DNA from: the human T2T-CHM13v2.0 reference genome, Homo sapiens
Strand: one strand, 5' to 3'
DNA: 64,000 bases
Assembly: GCF_009914755.1 (NCBI RefSeq)
Contig: NC_060936.1
Made by a program: the position numbers and the translations under genes. How positions within the stretch are numbered: the stretch's first letter is position 1; every line of letters begins with the position of its first letter. Shown one piece after another: positions 30,808 to 45,539 of the stretch. Below the pieces are notes generated by a model. That model made no database searches and had not been told where the DNA came from. It saw nothing but the letters and a program-made list of their open reading frames with translations.

Positions 30808-32947
30808 TGACTCATTTGGCAGGGTTTACTTGCAGGCAACCTGTTGTGTCCGAAAGGCAGGACCCAGGTATCACTTTCTCATAGTCTTTACCCATGCTCA
30901 TTGTCCCTCTTCTTATTTCTGCTTTCACCCCTCACCTCTAGGTTGAAATCATACTTGGCAAGGCCTCTCCTCAAGGGGAAGCCTCTCCACTTTCTCTCCC
31001 TCTGTTCTATCCTCCCATTTAGCTGGTTGAGTAGGTTGCCCCCTTTTAGACTCCAGAGGGATGTGTAGGAAGCCCAGCTAGGCTTCCAGATCCATGCCTC
31101 ATGTGTGTGCTAGCCCTGCTTATCTGAGAAGCCCTGCATGTGTGGGGGGCATGTAGCACTTGCCAGCTGGTTTGTGCTTCCGTCAGGGCTGTTGTCTGTT
31201 TTGTGCAGCTCGCTCAGCAGGTAATGTTTGAGGTGAGCAGCATGAGCTGGTAGAATTCAAGGACACACACTTTATCCACAACCCCTTAATGATTTAATTA
31301 GATGGAAAAATCATAGATTATGTTTGTGTATATTATCAGGAGGGTGACTACTTTAAGCCTTACTATCTTGCTAACTTGAATTTAAATTCTGACCAAGCTT
31401 TCAAAATGCCCCAGGACAATCTTCTTCATTCAGGACAATCTTCTTCAATCATGCCATGGTTTGGGAAAGGTAGTCTGACCCTAACCCACACTGATACTCA
31501 AGATCCCAGAGTTCCCTAGGAAATAGTCCTGCAGTCCTGTGAGCTTTCTATACAGAGTTCTAAGGACTGGGAGTCAGACTGGATTAGGAGAGAATTGCCT
31601 GAGGCAGGAGTTGACTTCTCAAGACATTCACTCTCAAACTGAATTAAACTGTTTCAACGCTGGGAGATGGAACCACCCAAAACATCAGAGGAAAATAAGA
31701 CTGTTAGGGGTGCTTCCATTTAGATATGAATGAAAATATCAGGAGAACTTCATTCTAAATATAAATAAAAATGTCAGGGGGATTGGTGATCTCCAGGAAA
31801 TAATTTATGTATACTTTCTAAACTGTAATTTGTAGCTGCTCCAGGGCCAGCCTAACTATATAAACTTCAGGCATAATTTTGACTGTTGCCAAGTTCTTAC
31901 TACACATGTGTCTCCTCACTGTCCTCTCTATAAATACATGCAAAATAAAACAGGCATGGACTCCCAAATTGGCACCAGCAGAATATGTCATTGTTTTGAG
32001 TCTTCTCAGTCTTCATTCACAAGAGTATATTGAGAGTTCACCATAAACCAGGCCTGGTGATAAGTGCTAGAAATCCAAAGAGGAAAGGATACCATCCCTC
32101 AAGAAGCTCACTTCATGTGACTATAATAGCATCAAAGTGTTACTTGTTCCAGAAAAATGTAGATTTCAGCAGGGATCAAATGCTTAAGCTAAAAGACTAA
32201 AGTTCAATATTGTAGGGGACACAATTACGTCTTAAAGTACTGCGCAATGAAACCCTGAAGGGAACTAGTAACTTTTCTTAGTTTTTCCATAGCTTATAGG
32301 AATCAGATCAGTCATCTTTTATTATCAAAGGCCAGAAGGAAATCTACACAGATCAAAAAAAGGAAATCTTTATACCTCAGAAATTTCTAGCAGTTAAAAA
32401 AAGTTATTAGCAAATCTCCTCTTTTACCCTTAAAAACCTAAAATAATTTGCAAAAGATACCTATTCCCTTATTTTAGGTATAATATCATTTTAAAAAATA
32501 AATCCAGTCAGTTTGATATTATAATTTATATACATAGTTTTAGAAGTTTTTAATCTATTTTATTTTGAGAACTAGGTAGGTGCTTTTAAAGAAAATATGC
32601 TTAGGCTGGCCTTGCTAGGTTCTAGGATGGAAGAGTGTTTCTACGTTCGATTTTTTAAAAAACCCATGATATAATTCTAGATTTCTTTTTTCTTGAGATA
32701 TCAATTGGTCACCATAGTAACATAGCGTTTTACTACAGAGATCTATACAGCACAAGGGAAACAGAACGGCAATTACTTACTGGGTTACTTGGGGGTACAG
32801 AATGTGACTACAGGGATAATTTAAGATTAAATATAGATTTCTTTGGGGATCTGTTTTAGCAAAGCAAGCTGATTCAATCTTCTAGTAGCGTCAGCTGAAC
32901 AAAATTTGAAGCCAAATTGACTGCTGACATCATTTGAAATAATATGA

Positions 32948-33205
32948 GCAGGCAAGCAGCATAGCTCAGTGGTTAAGAGCACAGGCTTTGGGGTCAAGTT
33001 TCGTAGGTCCAAATTCTGCTTCTACTGTTTGCTAGCTGTGTGACCTTGGGAAAGTTCCCTAACTTCTCTGTGCCTCTGTTTCTTCATCTCTAAAATGTGG
33101 GTAATAAAACCTTCCTCAAAGGGTTGTTATAAGGATTCAATGACTGTTTGTGCTTAGAACAGTGCCTTGCACATTAGAAAGAACTTTCTTAAGTATTTGT
33201 TAAAT
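32948..33205 (+). mobile_element. MIR, near full length
   Basis: gcagcatagctcagtggttaagagcacaggctttgg...ctgtgtgaccttggg...tgcttagaacagtgcc. Confidence 0.85.
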
Positions 33206-33896
33206 AAAGACAAAATAAAATTTAAAGGGGCTCCTCTCTTTGTGCTGAAAATAGTCAAAGACATGAAAATTTGAGTTCACGGCTGATTATTTTAGCCTGT
33301 AACTTTGGTAGATTCCTTTGAGAACTTCCCCAGGGTCTTGTTGCTAGCATTTCTACAAGATGTGAAATTCTGTGGCAGTCTACTGTCCTAAATCAGAGCT
33401 GGGAACAATCACAAGCACCCCTGGTTCCAGGAACATCAGAAGGAAGATGATCGCACAGCACAAAGGAACAGCACGCCTGCCCACTTCAGCTCCCCAAGCC
33501 ACTGCCAATAACCTCTGGGAACATGGGCATAGAATAAGCAGCTGAAAAAGGATGAAACAGCTTTTATTACAGTGATGATGAAACCTAGTTGGTTTCGGTA
33601 ATTTTTTCCCCTCTTTCCAGGCTTCAAGGGGAAAAAATCCTTTTCATCAATGAGTGCTTTGTTTCATTAATTATCACTATACACAATTTCCATCCAATTT
33701 TTCAACTGACACATACTCTGATGAATTTTCATTTTACAGAACTACCTAGGCATCTTTTCTGGACTGGTAACAAACCTAAAGCCTCTAACCAGCATCTAAG
33801 GCAGGACAAAATCTCCAAATTGCCTGGAAAAAAAGAAGGCATTATGTCCTCTGAGCCAAATTTCAGTCGCAATACCAAGGGATCCCTATCACATAC

Positions 33897-34053
33897 CTTC
33901 ATCCGGACTTGATTTCAGAGACGTTCTCTTTAGATCTTCTTGGTCAGGAATAGCCCTTGCATAGGAGTTTGGAGAATGCCATAAACCACCAGGAAAGCCT
34001 GGAAACACATTCATTTCTGTCCTCTGCCTTCCCCTTGGCTCACAGCCTGCTTC
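33897..34053 (-). other. GPR19: GPR19 5'-UTR exon (157 nt, penultimate exon)
   Basis: Minus strand reads catcttgtctccctaaCAG|GAAGCA...GATGAAG|GTATGT: strong acceptor and donor in unique sequence. Confidence 0.85.
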
Positions 34054-34450
34054 CTGTTAGGGAGACAAGATGACGCTGTGCAGGGTAGACTGTTAAACCA
34101 TCTTCCCGCCCCCAGCCCCACTCTCTTGTTGCCCCTCCCTTCTCCTTTCCAAGGCTCTGGAATGTGTCACATGGGAAATGGATCATGTGGCTGAAGGGGA
34201 GAATGTGGCTATCTTCTCCCTCCCTTCCCCCACTTTTCCTTTCAGGAGCAAAGCAGCAGAAATCTCTGTCTTGATTGGCTCAGACCAAAAATCTCCATAT
34301 GAAAAGGGGAAGATTCAATCACCCAAACCTCCTTCCTTCTCTATTTTCTTTTTTTTCTATCTGAAGATTTATCCTGACCATTCAGAGTTGCTCAGTATGG
34401 GAGATAAATGATGCTTTCTTAACCTCAACCCCTCTCTTTCTTTCTTACAG

Positions 34451-34625
34451 TCAGTATCCTGACCTGGCAAGGTGTTCCTTAACCTCCCCTCTGGATCCCC
34501 CTTAGCACACATCTGGGACAATGGAGCGTTCAGCACCACGGACAGCATTACACCCTCTTCAAGTGCTTGTTAAAGCCATTTGTCTATTTCACTCTCAAGT
34601 AAATAAAAATATTTTTTAAAATTTC
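34451..34625 (+). ncRNA. Putative terminal exon of a plus-strand transcript antisense to GPR19
   Basis: Branch-like ttaac plus a long pyrimidine tract (cccctctctttctttcttaCAG| at 34450), followed by AATAAA at 34602-34607; no ORF. Confidence 0.5.
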
Positions 34626-35036
34626 CCTGAGGTCCTGTGCCTAAACATAAACCACACCATATGTTTAGGGCTCTGACTTCCCCTACTATCAGCTTACTGT
34701 TACCTTATAAACACAAACATAATTTTCAAATTTCCTTAAACCCAAAAGACCATCCCATACCTACCTCCCTGTCCCCATCCCATCACCCATCCTCACTCTT
34801 TAAATATGGTCTTTTTTTTTTTTTTTGGTGGGGGGGAGGGAGATTCCTGTAACATAGTTTACTGCATGCCCAAATATCTATGCTTATGGGGAAAACCACA
34901 GAAACACATAGGAATTCTGGGGTGTACAAGTCTAGATGTCATTAGCCCCATCCCTAGGCCTCAGGCAGGGCTGAACTGGAGAGGCAGGGAGGGAGCCTGC
35001 TTGGAGCTGTTTTGTGCAGGGTCTATCCTGCTTTGC

Positions 35037-35111
35037 TGACGTCCTAGTTGCCATGGTGCTAGGTAACTGCTGAAGAGGATGATTTCTTTTAAAACCGGTC
35101 GCCATGGGAGC
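35037..35111. promoter_or_regulatory. CRE plus triple RFX X-box-like cluster (candidate internal promoter/enhancer)
   Basis: TGACGTCC 35037-35044; GTTGCCATGG 35047-35056; GGTGCTAGGTAAC 35055-35067; GTCGCCATGGGAGC 35098-35111. Confidence 0.5.
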
Positions 35112-37345
35112 CTGCTGACTAAAGAAAGGAAGAGGGAAAAGGACTGAATTGCTGAGGAGGGATTTAAACAGTATTCTCAGAGCCAAATTGGATTGCTGTC
35201 GGTCCTAAATCTTGAAAGGAATCTAGGAATTAGTATGGACACTGCAATAGTTACTCTCCCCATCCTCCACTGCTTCTTTCCTTAAAAATCTAGTTAGGTG
35301 CAACTGAATGAAAATTCCAGCTTCACAGATTGACCCTGAAATGCCATCACAGGGTGGTGGAAAGAACTCAAGAAATCAATTTCTCCTCAGGTTAGAATAT
35401 CTGACTTTTGGGAAGCCATTATCTAAGTCCTAACAGCCTTAATTGGGAGATACTTTAGAGCCACACCTGACTGTCGATGCTAGGAACAATGTGTGGATTC
35501 TTTATAACACTATGGAAGAAAAGACAATTTTTTAAATGTGAGTTGTCAAATTATTTTAAATAAATACAAATTTTATTAATACTTGGATAGCATTTGGATT
35601 ACTCCAAGTCAGAAATACAAACTGGCTATACATTTGTCTCATAACACTGGCATATAACTTGTTGTTTCTAACTCAGAATCCTAACCAAAGCAATTCAGAA
35701 TATTTATTTTTTGAAAGACGAATGCTGACTTGCAATGTGTAGAAATGAAAACTTTGTAAGCAAAGAGGTGGCACAAGGAAGCTGGAGTATAATTTTCAAG
35801 AAACTGAAGGTCCTTCCTGGATCAACATCCTCATCGTATTTTCTACTTTTATTTTAGGAGGAGTGAGGTTAATTCTAGTTTTTCTATGTAAGACTCAGAG
35901 AAATTCAACTGTTAATTTTAACACTTGACATTTTAAGAAAATTCATTTATCAAAAAAGTTAGATATTGAAGAAATTCTTTGAGTCAGCAGGTTGGTGACT
36001 TGGATATCATCTCCTCTCTTAGTCAAGAATAATTACAACAATAAGAACAACTAATATTTAACATGTGCCAGGTGTTTACATACATTATGTCATTTAATCC
36101 TATCAACCCAACAAGATGAGTACTATTACTGGCATTTCTGTTTTACCGATGAAGAAATGGAGGCTTGGGGGAATAAGTAATGTGCCCAAAGCTGCATAGT
36201 GTGGGAGCTAGGATTTGGAACCACTGACTCAGCCTCCAGAGCAGGCATAGTGTACTATGCTATTCTGCATCATGCATAGTAGACTAGATTAAAATAACTG
36301 GTCAATTTAATGTGTTGTGACTTACTACTATGGCCCCTTGACATAAGAAATCACAAAGATTGCTTTAAATTATTTGAGACAAAAAAAATGACCAACATAT
36401 TTATTCCTTCCAGGATGACTGCATGTATATATTATGGCTTAATGATATTTAAAATCATCTTGTAAGGAGTCATAACCCAAAATTTTATTAAGGATGGTCA
36501 TAAAACATGTTACATAATATACTAATTCTGCTTAAAATATATTGCCAAAGTTATAATCACCAAATTTACTTTTGACATTGGAAGAAGATAAAGAAACAGT
36601 TGTCTTCCATCCAAATGCACAAAATTCCACAATACTTGTGCAACTGGGGTAATATTTTGAACATGAGTAATGTGATCTTCTCATCTGCCTGGGGAATCCA
36701 TTTGCCTTGGAGATAGTGTTTTGGCACTGTTTAGATGTTACAAAAGGAATGGAAAAAAAGAAATTAATATTTGGCTTCTGAAATTCAAAATAGAAACAAG
36801 ACAATAGGCTTGAAATCCAGGCTATTGTTTTGAAAGCCAGTCTCTAAATTCCTTTATTTCTGCCCTTAGCTTGTCATCAACCAAACCTGGAAGACTTTGC
36901 TCAGTGTTCTGTACTATAGACCTCTGGCTTCAGGTAAAAACTTTCCAAGGGGTCCCAAAGCATGCAGAGTTTTATGGGAACTAATTTCTAGATCCTCAAC
37001 TTCTACAAGTATGCATTCTAAAACTGCTTTTCTGAGAACTGGTGCAGTCGAGATGTCATGCTGGTTCTTGGTTTCCACTTAGCTTTTCTTCCATCTTACA
37101 CAGATTGCTGAATCTCTCTTCCACCTTTACCTCAAATCCTGCGTTGTCTGAATTTAAAAACCTCCTGGGGACCAAACACAGGAATAACTGAAAATATTGG
37201 GGATAGTACTGAGAAAGTGAATAGCTCCAATAATTAGGTAACAAATCCTTTTAAAAATCAAGAGCTTTCCAAGTGCTTTCAACAAAATTGGAAACAAACC
37301 ACTACCCAGTGGTCCACTGAGAAATTCATTAAAATGGTTTTCTTA

Positions 37346-38035
<690 letters not shown>

Positions 38036-38464
38036 AGGCTGCCTACCACAGTGAGTTACCTCCATGTTGAGAGCAGTGCTCAGGGTAAGGGATTTCTGCC
38101 TTGACTCCCTTTTTGAGACAACTGCCCAAGTCCCTCAAACCTCATTCCTTGCATTTCTATGGCTGTTCAGGCCAAGTCCACAATAGCATGGTCAGACACA
38201 GATATGACAATCAATTATTCTAAGCCTTTCTGTTCTCTTGAAGGATGATGCTGAACTAACAGCCAGTAGGCCTGCCACAACCAAGACAAGGTAACCCCAC
38301 AGCAGGGGCCAGGGGTACTGAGTCTGCCAGGGGAGGTGGCCAATACTCCCTGGGAGATTTGTCTGAATCCAAAGGTGGGCCACGAGTTCACCATGAGTTC
38401 ACCAGCTGCAGGCTTCAGCATCACAGGACAGCATGTTCCCCAGGGATCAGGCAGACAAGGGGTA

Positions 38465-38867
38465 TGTATTAGGTTGTTCCTGCATTGCAATGAAGAAATA
38501 CCTGAGACTGGGTAATTTATAAAGAAAAGAGGTTTAATTGTACACATTTGCAGGCTGTACAGGAGGCATGGTGCCCACATCTGCTCAGCTTCTGGGTAGG
38601 CCTCAGGGAGCTTTTACTTATGGCAGAAAGTAAAACAGAAGCTTGCATGTCACATGGCGAAAGCAGGACCAAGAGAGAGAGTTGGGGGTGGTGCCACACA
38701 CTTAATACAGCAGATCTTAAGAGAATTCACTCACTATAGTAAGAACAGCACCAAGACATGAGGGATCTGTCCCACGACCCAAACACCTCCCACCAGGCCC
38801 CACGTCCAATACCGGGTATTACAATTCAACATGATATTTGGCAGGGACATATATTCACACTGCATGA
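38465..38867 (-). mobile_element. MST-family solo LTR
   Basis: tgtattag...gaaatacctgagactgggtaatttataaagaaaagaggtttaatt is the reverse complement of the LTR end seen at 1600-1667. Confidence 0.85.
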
Positions 38868-39159
38868 GGGTGTCATCCTGGAAACTTGAAAGTACCTCAG
38901 TGCATACTCTAGGTCCAGAATGAAGCCAGGAGGTACCCTCTCTCTCATCAGTGCCACAAGGATATGTAATTATACCCCCACTTCCCCCCAAACAAATGAA
39001 AGTCATCTACAGAAAAAAGTGACAGGACCTCTTTGGGAGGTATTATGAAAGATGAAACATTTCATCCATAGGATACTAATACTATCTAAAGGAACTGAAT
39101 GAATTGAACTATATTTGAAACAGGATTAGACACTTTTTTTTTTTCCTGTAACCTAACAG

Positions 39160-40400
39160 GTTGTGGTGGTTTTAAAATACATCCACAAATTCTTTGATAT
39201 GCCTTCAAAGAATGCATCTAAGGTCTGGCTGCCACATTAGATTTTAGATGTGAAACCTAATCCACCTCCCCCTGAATGTGGGCTAGACTTAGTTACTTCT
39301 TTCTAATAAATAGAATGTGACAGAAGTGATTCTGTGACAGTTTCTACCTGGCTCTCACCTTCTTGGATTACTTACTCTGGGCAAGCCAGCTACCACGTCA
39401 TAAGGAAACTCAAGCTGCCTTGTGAAGAGGCCCACACATAGCAAACCGAGGCTTCTCACCAACCAGCACCAACTAGCCAACCTTGTGAGTGAGCTGCCTT
39501 GGAAGGAGATTCTCCAGCCCTAGTCAGTGACCATACCCCTAGCTAACATCTCAACTACAGCTTTGTGAGAGACCCGAAGCCAGATGGCCTAGTTAAGCTG
39601 TTCCCAAATTCCTGATCCACAGAAACTATGACATAATGTTTTTGTTTGTTTGTTTTCTTTTTTAAGCTCTGTTGAACTTGATATTATTCTTCCAAGATAT
39701 TAAACTGTAGGGAATTTTGTTATGCGGTAATAGATGACTAATAGGTGAAAACTCTAGACAAAATAAAGGACCTACATTTTCATGAGATATCTGTAGCGAG
39801 TTAAATAAGTGTCTTTGCTATATATGTGTATTCCTAATGTGGAAGATACATGGTTTTATTAGGACAAAAAACATTAAGAAGGGGAGAACATAATTAGGCA
39901 CATAACACTGTTGTCTAAGGAGAAAAATGAATCCCCTTAGGTTGAGATGGATTTATTATGACTCAGAGGAAGTGCAGGGAAATCAAGAACAAAAAGTGGC
40001 AGCCAGACGTTAGATTAGACAAGGGTCCTGAAAGTGGTCAGACCCAAGGTAGCTACTGACTCTCTTTCTCTAGGAGACCACATGGTCTACTGCCTCCAAT
40101 TCTCTCTGTTTCTTCATTAGCTGCATTCACCAGCTTCTCTTGAGATCAACTAGTTCTGCTTGTCCCTTATTGTATTACTGGCCCCAAAATGGCTGCCCCT
40201 AAATGGTGGCCTTGGATCTGAAATTCACATGTCCTTATAAATTCAATGCTTCTGTCAGAGTGACCCAGTCTCTCAATGTTCTGACTCTAAATTCTTAGGA
40301 GGCAGAGTCTGTTTGACCCAGCCTAACTCAGATACAGAGCCAGATCCAAACAGCTGGGAGAACAGGATGGAGAAGAGTTCCCATACTATCTTCTCAGCAC
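39160..40400. mobile_element. Two MLT1 LTRs (~39160-39745 plus; ~39880-40400 minus, older)
   Basis: MLT1-type motifs (ccacaaattctttgat, ttctccagccctagtc, ttcccaaattcctgatccacagaaact). Confidence 0.6.
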
Positions 40401-43271
40401 TCTCTAAAAAGGGCTGTTGGCAATTTTGCCTTTTTGTAATTCTATTTGAGCAAGTTGGAAGTTTAATTAGCTTTCCAATCAACCAAATTTCTGCATTCGA
40501 GTCTTAACCATATATAAGTGTTACTGTGGCTTCAAAGAAAATATGGATTCTGAAGTAGTGGGTTTTGATTGAGTTGACTGTTTTTAAATAACTCTTTGGA
40601 TTTTAATTGTGATGCAGAAGTTATAGTAACAAACATTTGGTTTTGTACAGACATTATTTCCACGCTGGTGGATAAGCTCAATAAAGGTCATATCCCAAAC
40701 TAAAAAATATAAAATAAAATAAAATAAAAAATAAAAAAATAAAAAGGGCTGTTGGTCAATTTTATAAAAGGCAAAGTCAAACAGAGGGAGGAATGACTGA
40801 TAGATGAAATGACTGGTCTCTTGGTGCATCTGTTTCTAAAATTCCGTTAACTTTCCAGAATGAGCCTGCCAATAGCTCTGGTCTAAACTCAACCCCTGTG
40901 ACCTCCATTTCACCTCCATTTGAGTCACCTGCTGAACAAGCATGCCCTTCACACTGCTTGTATTGCCTCCGTGGCTTAGACTTGACAGTTTCTCTGCCTT
41001 GTCCTCTTTGTGAACATCTACTCCTCTTTTCAAACCCTGCTGGGTTTTATCTTATCTGTAGTTCTATTTCTCTCCCACTCTGTATCCTTCCAAAATAAGT
41101 TAGTCACATTTTCCTTTTCACCATAGTACTTTAATTTTCATATATACTACTTATACGATTGCATATGTCATATTGCATTGACTTCATAGATTCTTGTAAG
41201 GTGGATGTCATCCAATTCATCTTTATACCTCTAGGATCTAAAACAGCAAAGTAGGTGCTCAGCGACAGTGTACCAGCACACTGAATAAGCATGACTTTTG
41301 AGATTAACCTAAAACCACCTAATTTTCATTTTCCACTGTCCCTTTGAAAACACCCTTCAAGGGTGTCTGGTTGCAAGGCTGGTTCTTCTCTTATCCCTGA
41401 ATTAAAACTTGGGTGGTCCCATTACTTTTTCTGGTCATTTTTAGTTAAGAGATGTTAATAACTAAAATATCCAGTCCTATATAACAATCAAAAGTTGGCA
41501 CCTGACTTAGTTTAGGCATTTCTCCCTCCTCCCAGTTTGTGCCTTCTGTAGTAGATTTAACAAAACAGTGTGGCCACTTCTCTTTTTTCCTGACTTGTTT
41601 CCTTAGATCTTGCCCCTCCTAGTTTCTGATCCCTCCAGGGTTTGAGAGGAGGATGAGCAATACGTCTTACTTTGTTGGTACTAACATGAGCTGCCATCAG
41701 TTTCCCTGTACCTCACAGGTATTAAAGACTGATTCCTTATCTCAATGGGCACTTACGTGGGTTTAGGGGGACAAAACTCTACTTCTATGAATTTTTCAAC
41801 TATAGCTCCTTTGACCAGCTGGCCACTTATCTAACTCCAGAAAGACCTTTAGCTTTTCCCTGCTGAAGTCTATTCCTCTCTTTGAGTGGTCATCTTGGTC
41901 AGGTCCAGTGATGACTCGCTGCTGGCTTCTCTTGTCTTTTTTTTTTGTAATATTAGCCAGGTTAATGGCGGGGTTTTGCCATGTTGCCCAGACCGGTCTT
42001 GAACTCCTGGGCTTAAGCGATCCTTCTGCTTTGGTCTCCCAAAGTGCTAGGATTACAGGCGTGAGCTACTGCGCCTGACTCAAATTTAATTTCTTGTACC
42101 CCAAAAAGAGGCAGAAAGAAAGACGGACTGGATACCCTCATTTATAGAACCAGAACCCCATACTGGTACAATATGAAAGTTTCTGAAAAAGGTCCAACAG
42201 GTATTTGATATCCACAAAGCACAAAAGACCTAATTATAGTTGTTTTTTTTGTTTTTTTTTTTCTCCAACTGGGCTTAAGCCCCTTTCTCCTTTGCTTTCT
42301 GAGCAAAAGTACTACTGGCCTCCAGCAGCTGAAAAAGCCCTTAAGAAACTGAAGCATTACTTGTCTTTGGCTCTAGTCCTGGCTCACTCTAACCCATAAA
42401 AACCTTTAAAGACAGAGACCAATCTGTCTAGCATTCCTATCGGTCCCAGGAAGATTCTCTGTCACTCATGTGTGCCTGCTTTTCAAGAAAAGGAACCCAA
42501 TTAAAGACAGGTAACTTCATGTGGCAAAAGATATTCTTGGCCATTATCACTACCTTTTTTGTCTTATATTCAATAACTAAAGTAGTATGGTGATTTCAAC
42601 TTCTGAGTTATTTATAAACCTAGAAACCAGAATTGTCCTACTAGCAAGTAACTTGTCTCTTAGAAGCTGAAATTGCTGACCATGCCACTTGTATTCCAAG
42701 TGATTCTGTGTTCCCTGAAAGGCTACAAAGACAGGCTTGAACCTCACCTTTCTCATCTGTTAATAATAACAAAACCACTTGTGTGGTCAGAGCTGCCACA
42801 TCAACCCTGATAGGCTACCGGAAAACACTTCATTATCAATGCCCTGCTGCACATGCATTCCCATGTACAGCAGCCTCTCATTGGAAAAGAACACACATTT
42901 CAATCATGCCTTGATGCCCTCCCCAACCAATGAGGTATTGCAGGTTGTAAAGATCCGCCCCAACCCACTACTGCCATCAGCCCTGCTGATGGCCCAAGAT
43001 TCACCATGTGTAATGCAATAAAGACATCATTATCTGTGTTGCCTGTGCTAGATCAAAAGACCAGCTTGGGAGACTGACACTCTTCTATCTCTACAGCTAA
43101 GCCTGTGTATCCTGGCAATTATACTAATGGCTTTATCAATGACCTTTCCCAAATTAGTACGTTAACCCCATTCTTATCACAGTGGCCTTCCTCCTGAATA
43201 GAGCTCATGATGCCCTACTTATCTGCCTGTCTCAAGCTCTAAACTTCATTCCTCCAAACGTGTTTTCCAAA

Positions 43272-43548
43272 ACGGAGTCTTGCTCTGTCACCTAGGCTGG
43301 AGTGCAGTGGCACGATCTCGGCTGACCGCAACCTCTGCCTCCTGGGTTTAAGCAATTCTCCTGCCTCAGCCTCCGGAGTAGTTGGGATTACAAGCGCGTG
43401 CCACCACACCCAGCTAATTTTTGTATTTTTAGTAGAGATGGGGTTTCACCATGTTGGCCAGGCTGGTCTCAAGCTCCTGACCTCGTGATCCCCCCGCCTC
43501 GGCCTCCCAAAGTGCTGGGATTACAGACGTGAGCCACCGTGCCTGGCC
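43272..43548 (-). mobile_element. AluS lacking a poly(A) tail
   Basis: Reverse dimer starting directly at acggagtcttgc. Confidence 0.9.
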
Positions 43549-43726
43549 CTAGAGGGAACTCTTAAAGCAGTGGCTCTCAACCTTTGTTGCAAAATGGAGG
43601 GTTTTAAGAAAGTACTGATGTCTGGGCTCCACTCGCAGAGATTCTGATTTAATTGGTATAGAGAAAAGCCAGGGCATTAGGATTTTTTTAAGCTCCCAAG
43701 GTGATTCTAATGTGTGGGCATGGTAG

Positions 43727-44050
<324 letters not shown>

Positions 44051-45003
44051 CGGTAGAGTACCTGTCTTAAAGCTCCCTAAATACAGACGGACCTACGATG
44101 CACAGAGCATCCACAATTCAACTGATAGGTGGCATGTACTTTACACTAAGTTCTATGCTACCTCATTTTGTCATTACAATAATCCTATGGCACAGGCACT
44201 ATTATCCTTATTTTATAAATTGAGAAACTGAGATTCAGACAGGACACACAGAGTGACTGGCAGACCCTAAAGTCAAAGCCCAGGTCTGATTCCCAATTGT
44301 ACACACTTTATATGACATCATATCGAGATGTCATGCCTCTCAGAGCTGGATGATCCCACTCCCTAAAACAAGACACCCAGGCTTCAACCCTGAAATCCTA
44401 TTCCATTGCCTCCATGGATTTTTCCTGCAGCATTTTCCTATGCACTTCACACATACAGCGCAGCTGCCAGGATATACTTTAGGCTGCCAAAATGAAATGA
44501 AGTCACTTTCTTGGTAAGTGATTACCATGCCTGGCTCTTTACTGAAGTACTTCCATTCTATATATTCACACTGGGATCCTTCTCCATCACTGCTAGCTTC
44601 AATCCTGTGGCTTTCCATATTTAGTTTTTCTTACAGATGAAGTGATACTCTTTACCTATCAGCCATTCCTTTGTTGGAGTAAAATTACGTATTCCATCAG
44701 CATTCTTCTGCCTTGTACTCCAGATAGTATACAAAGAATCAAATTATAGTAGCTAAGTGGCATAGAATTGCTGCCGATATCAAGATGGACTCTAATATCT
44801 AGTGAACTGGGAGGCTAGAGGCTAGAAGTATGTACTTCTGTAAGGTGTCAGTGACACATCTGAGTAATGTGGTAGCTAAATGCCACCATTTCATTCCATG
44901 AAATCCACATTTCATTCTGGCTAAAGGGTAAAGCTGGTGAGAGGTGGGAGGGGCCAGGAGGCTCCATCGGAAGGAGGCAGACACTTCAGGTGTTGGGTGG
45001 TAC

Positions 45004-45056
45004 CTTTAAGATGTTGCGGGGCCAAATCCAATGCCGGTGCAGGTGTCCCATATATC
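45004..45056 (-). other. GPR19: GPR19 5'-UTR exon 2 (53 nt)
   Basis: Minus strand reads ctgacctctttttgtctctCAG|GATATATG...TTAAAG|GTACCA, with a CTGAC branch point and pyrimidine tract, ~0.6 kb downstream of the CpG promoter. Confidence 0.75.
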
Positions 45057-45539
45057 CTGAGAGACAAAAAGAGGTCAGATTGGTCAGATCCCTCGAGACA
45101 GTTCCCAAATTCCTGACTTCTGTTACCGCGACTGTTCTTCGCAATTCCACCTCGGCCTGTGTTCAGGACTGTGGCTTTTAGAATCTTCCTCATTCCATTC
45201 CATTAGGGGCGTCCCGATTTCCACCTTATATACACCATGTACTAAATGCATGCCATTTCTGCCTGTTTACAAACATGCATAAGTTCACACTCTTTTAAGA
45301 AAAATGTCCTCTACTGTCAACTTCTTTCTAGTCTGGCCTCCCAGGTAGGCTACAGAGCTACTGCCTTCATTTATCTCTCAAATCTTCCCATCTTCTCCTT
45401 CCCACTGTATTACCTTAGCTCACACTCACATCCTCTTGGTCACCAGCCAAAAAATAAATAAAACTCCTTTGTCCCTTCAGATTTCTCTCTTATTCTACAA
45501 CCTCATTAATCGGCTCTCCCGCTCCCACTCCTTTACTAC

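Noticed and set aside
42741-42750. Strong minus-strand donors AAG|GTGAGG at 42748 (and 12253)
   Set aside because: No convincing upstream acceptor at exon-like distance; treated as chance or cryptic sites.
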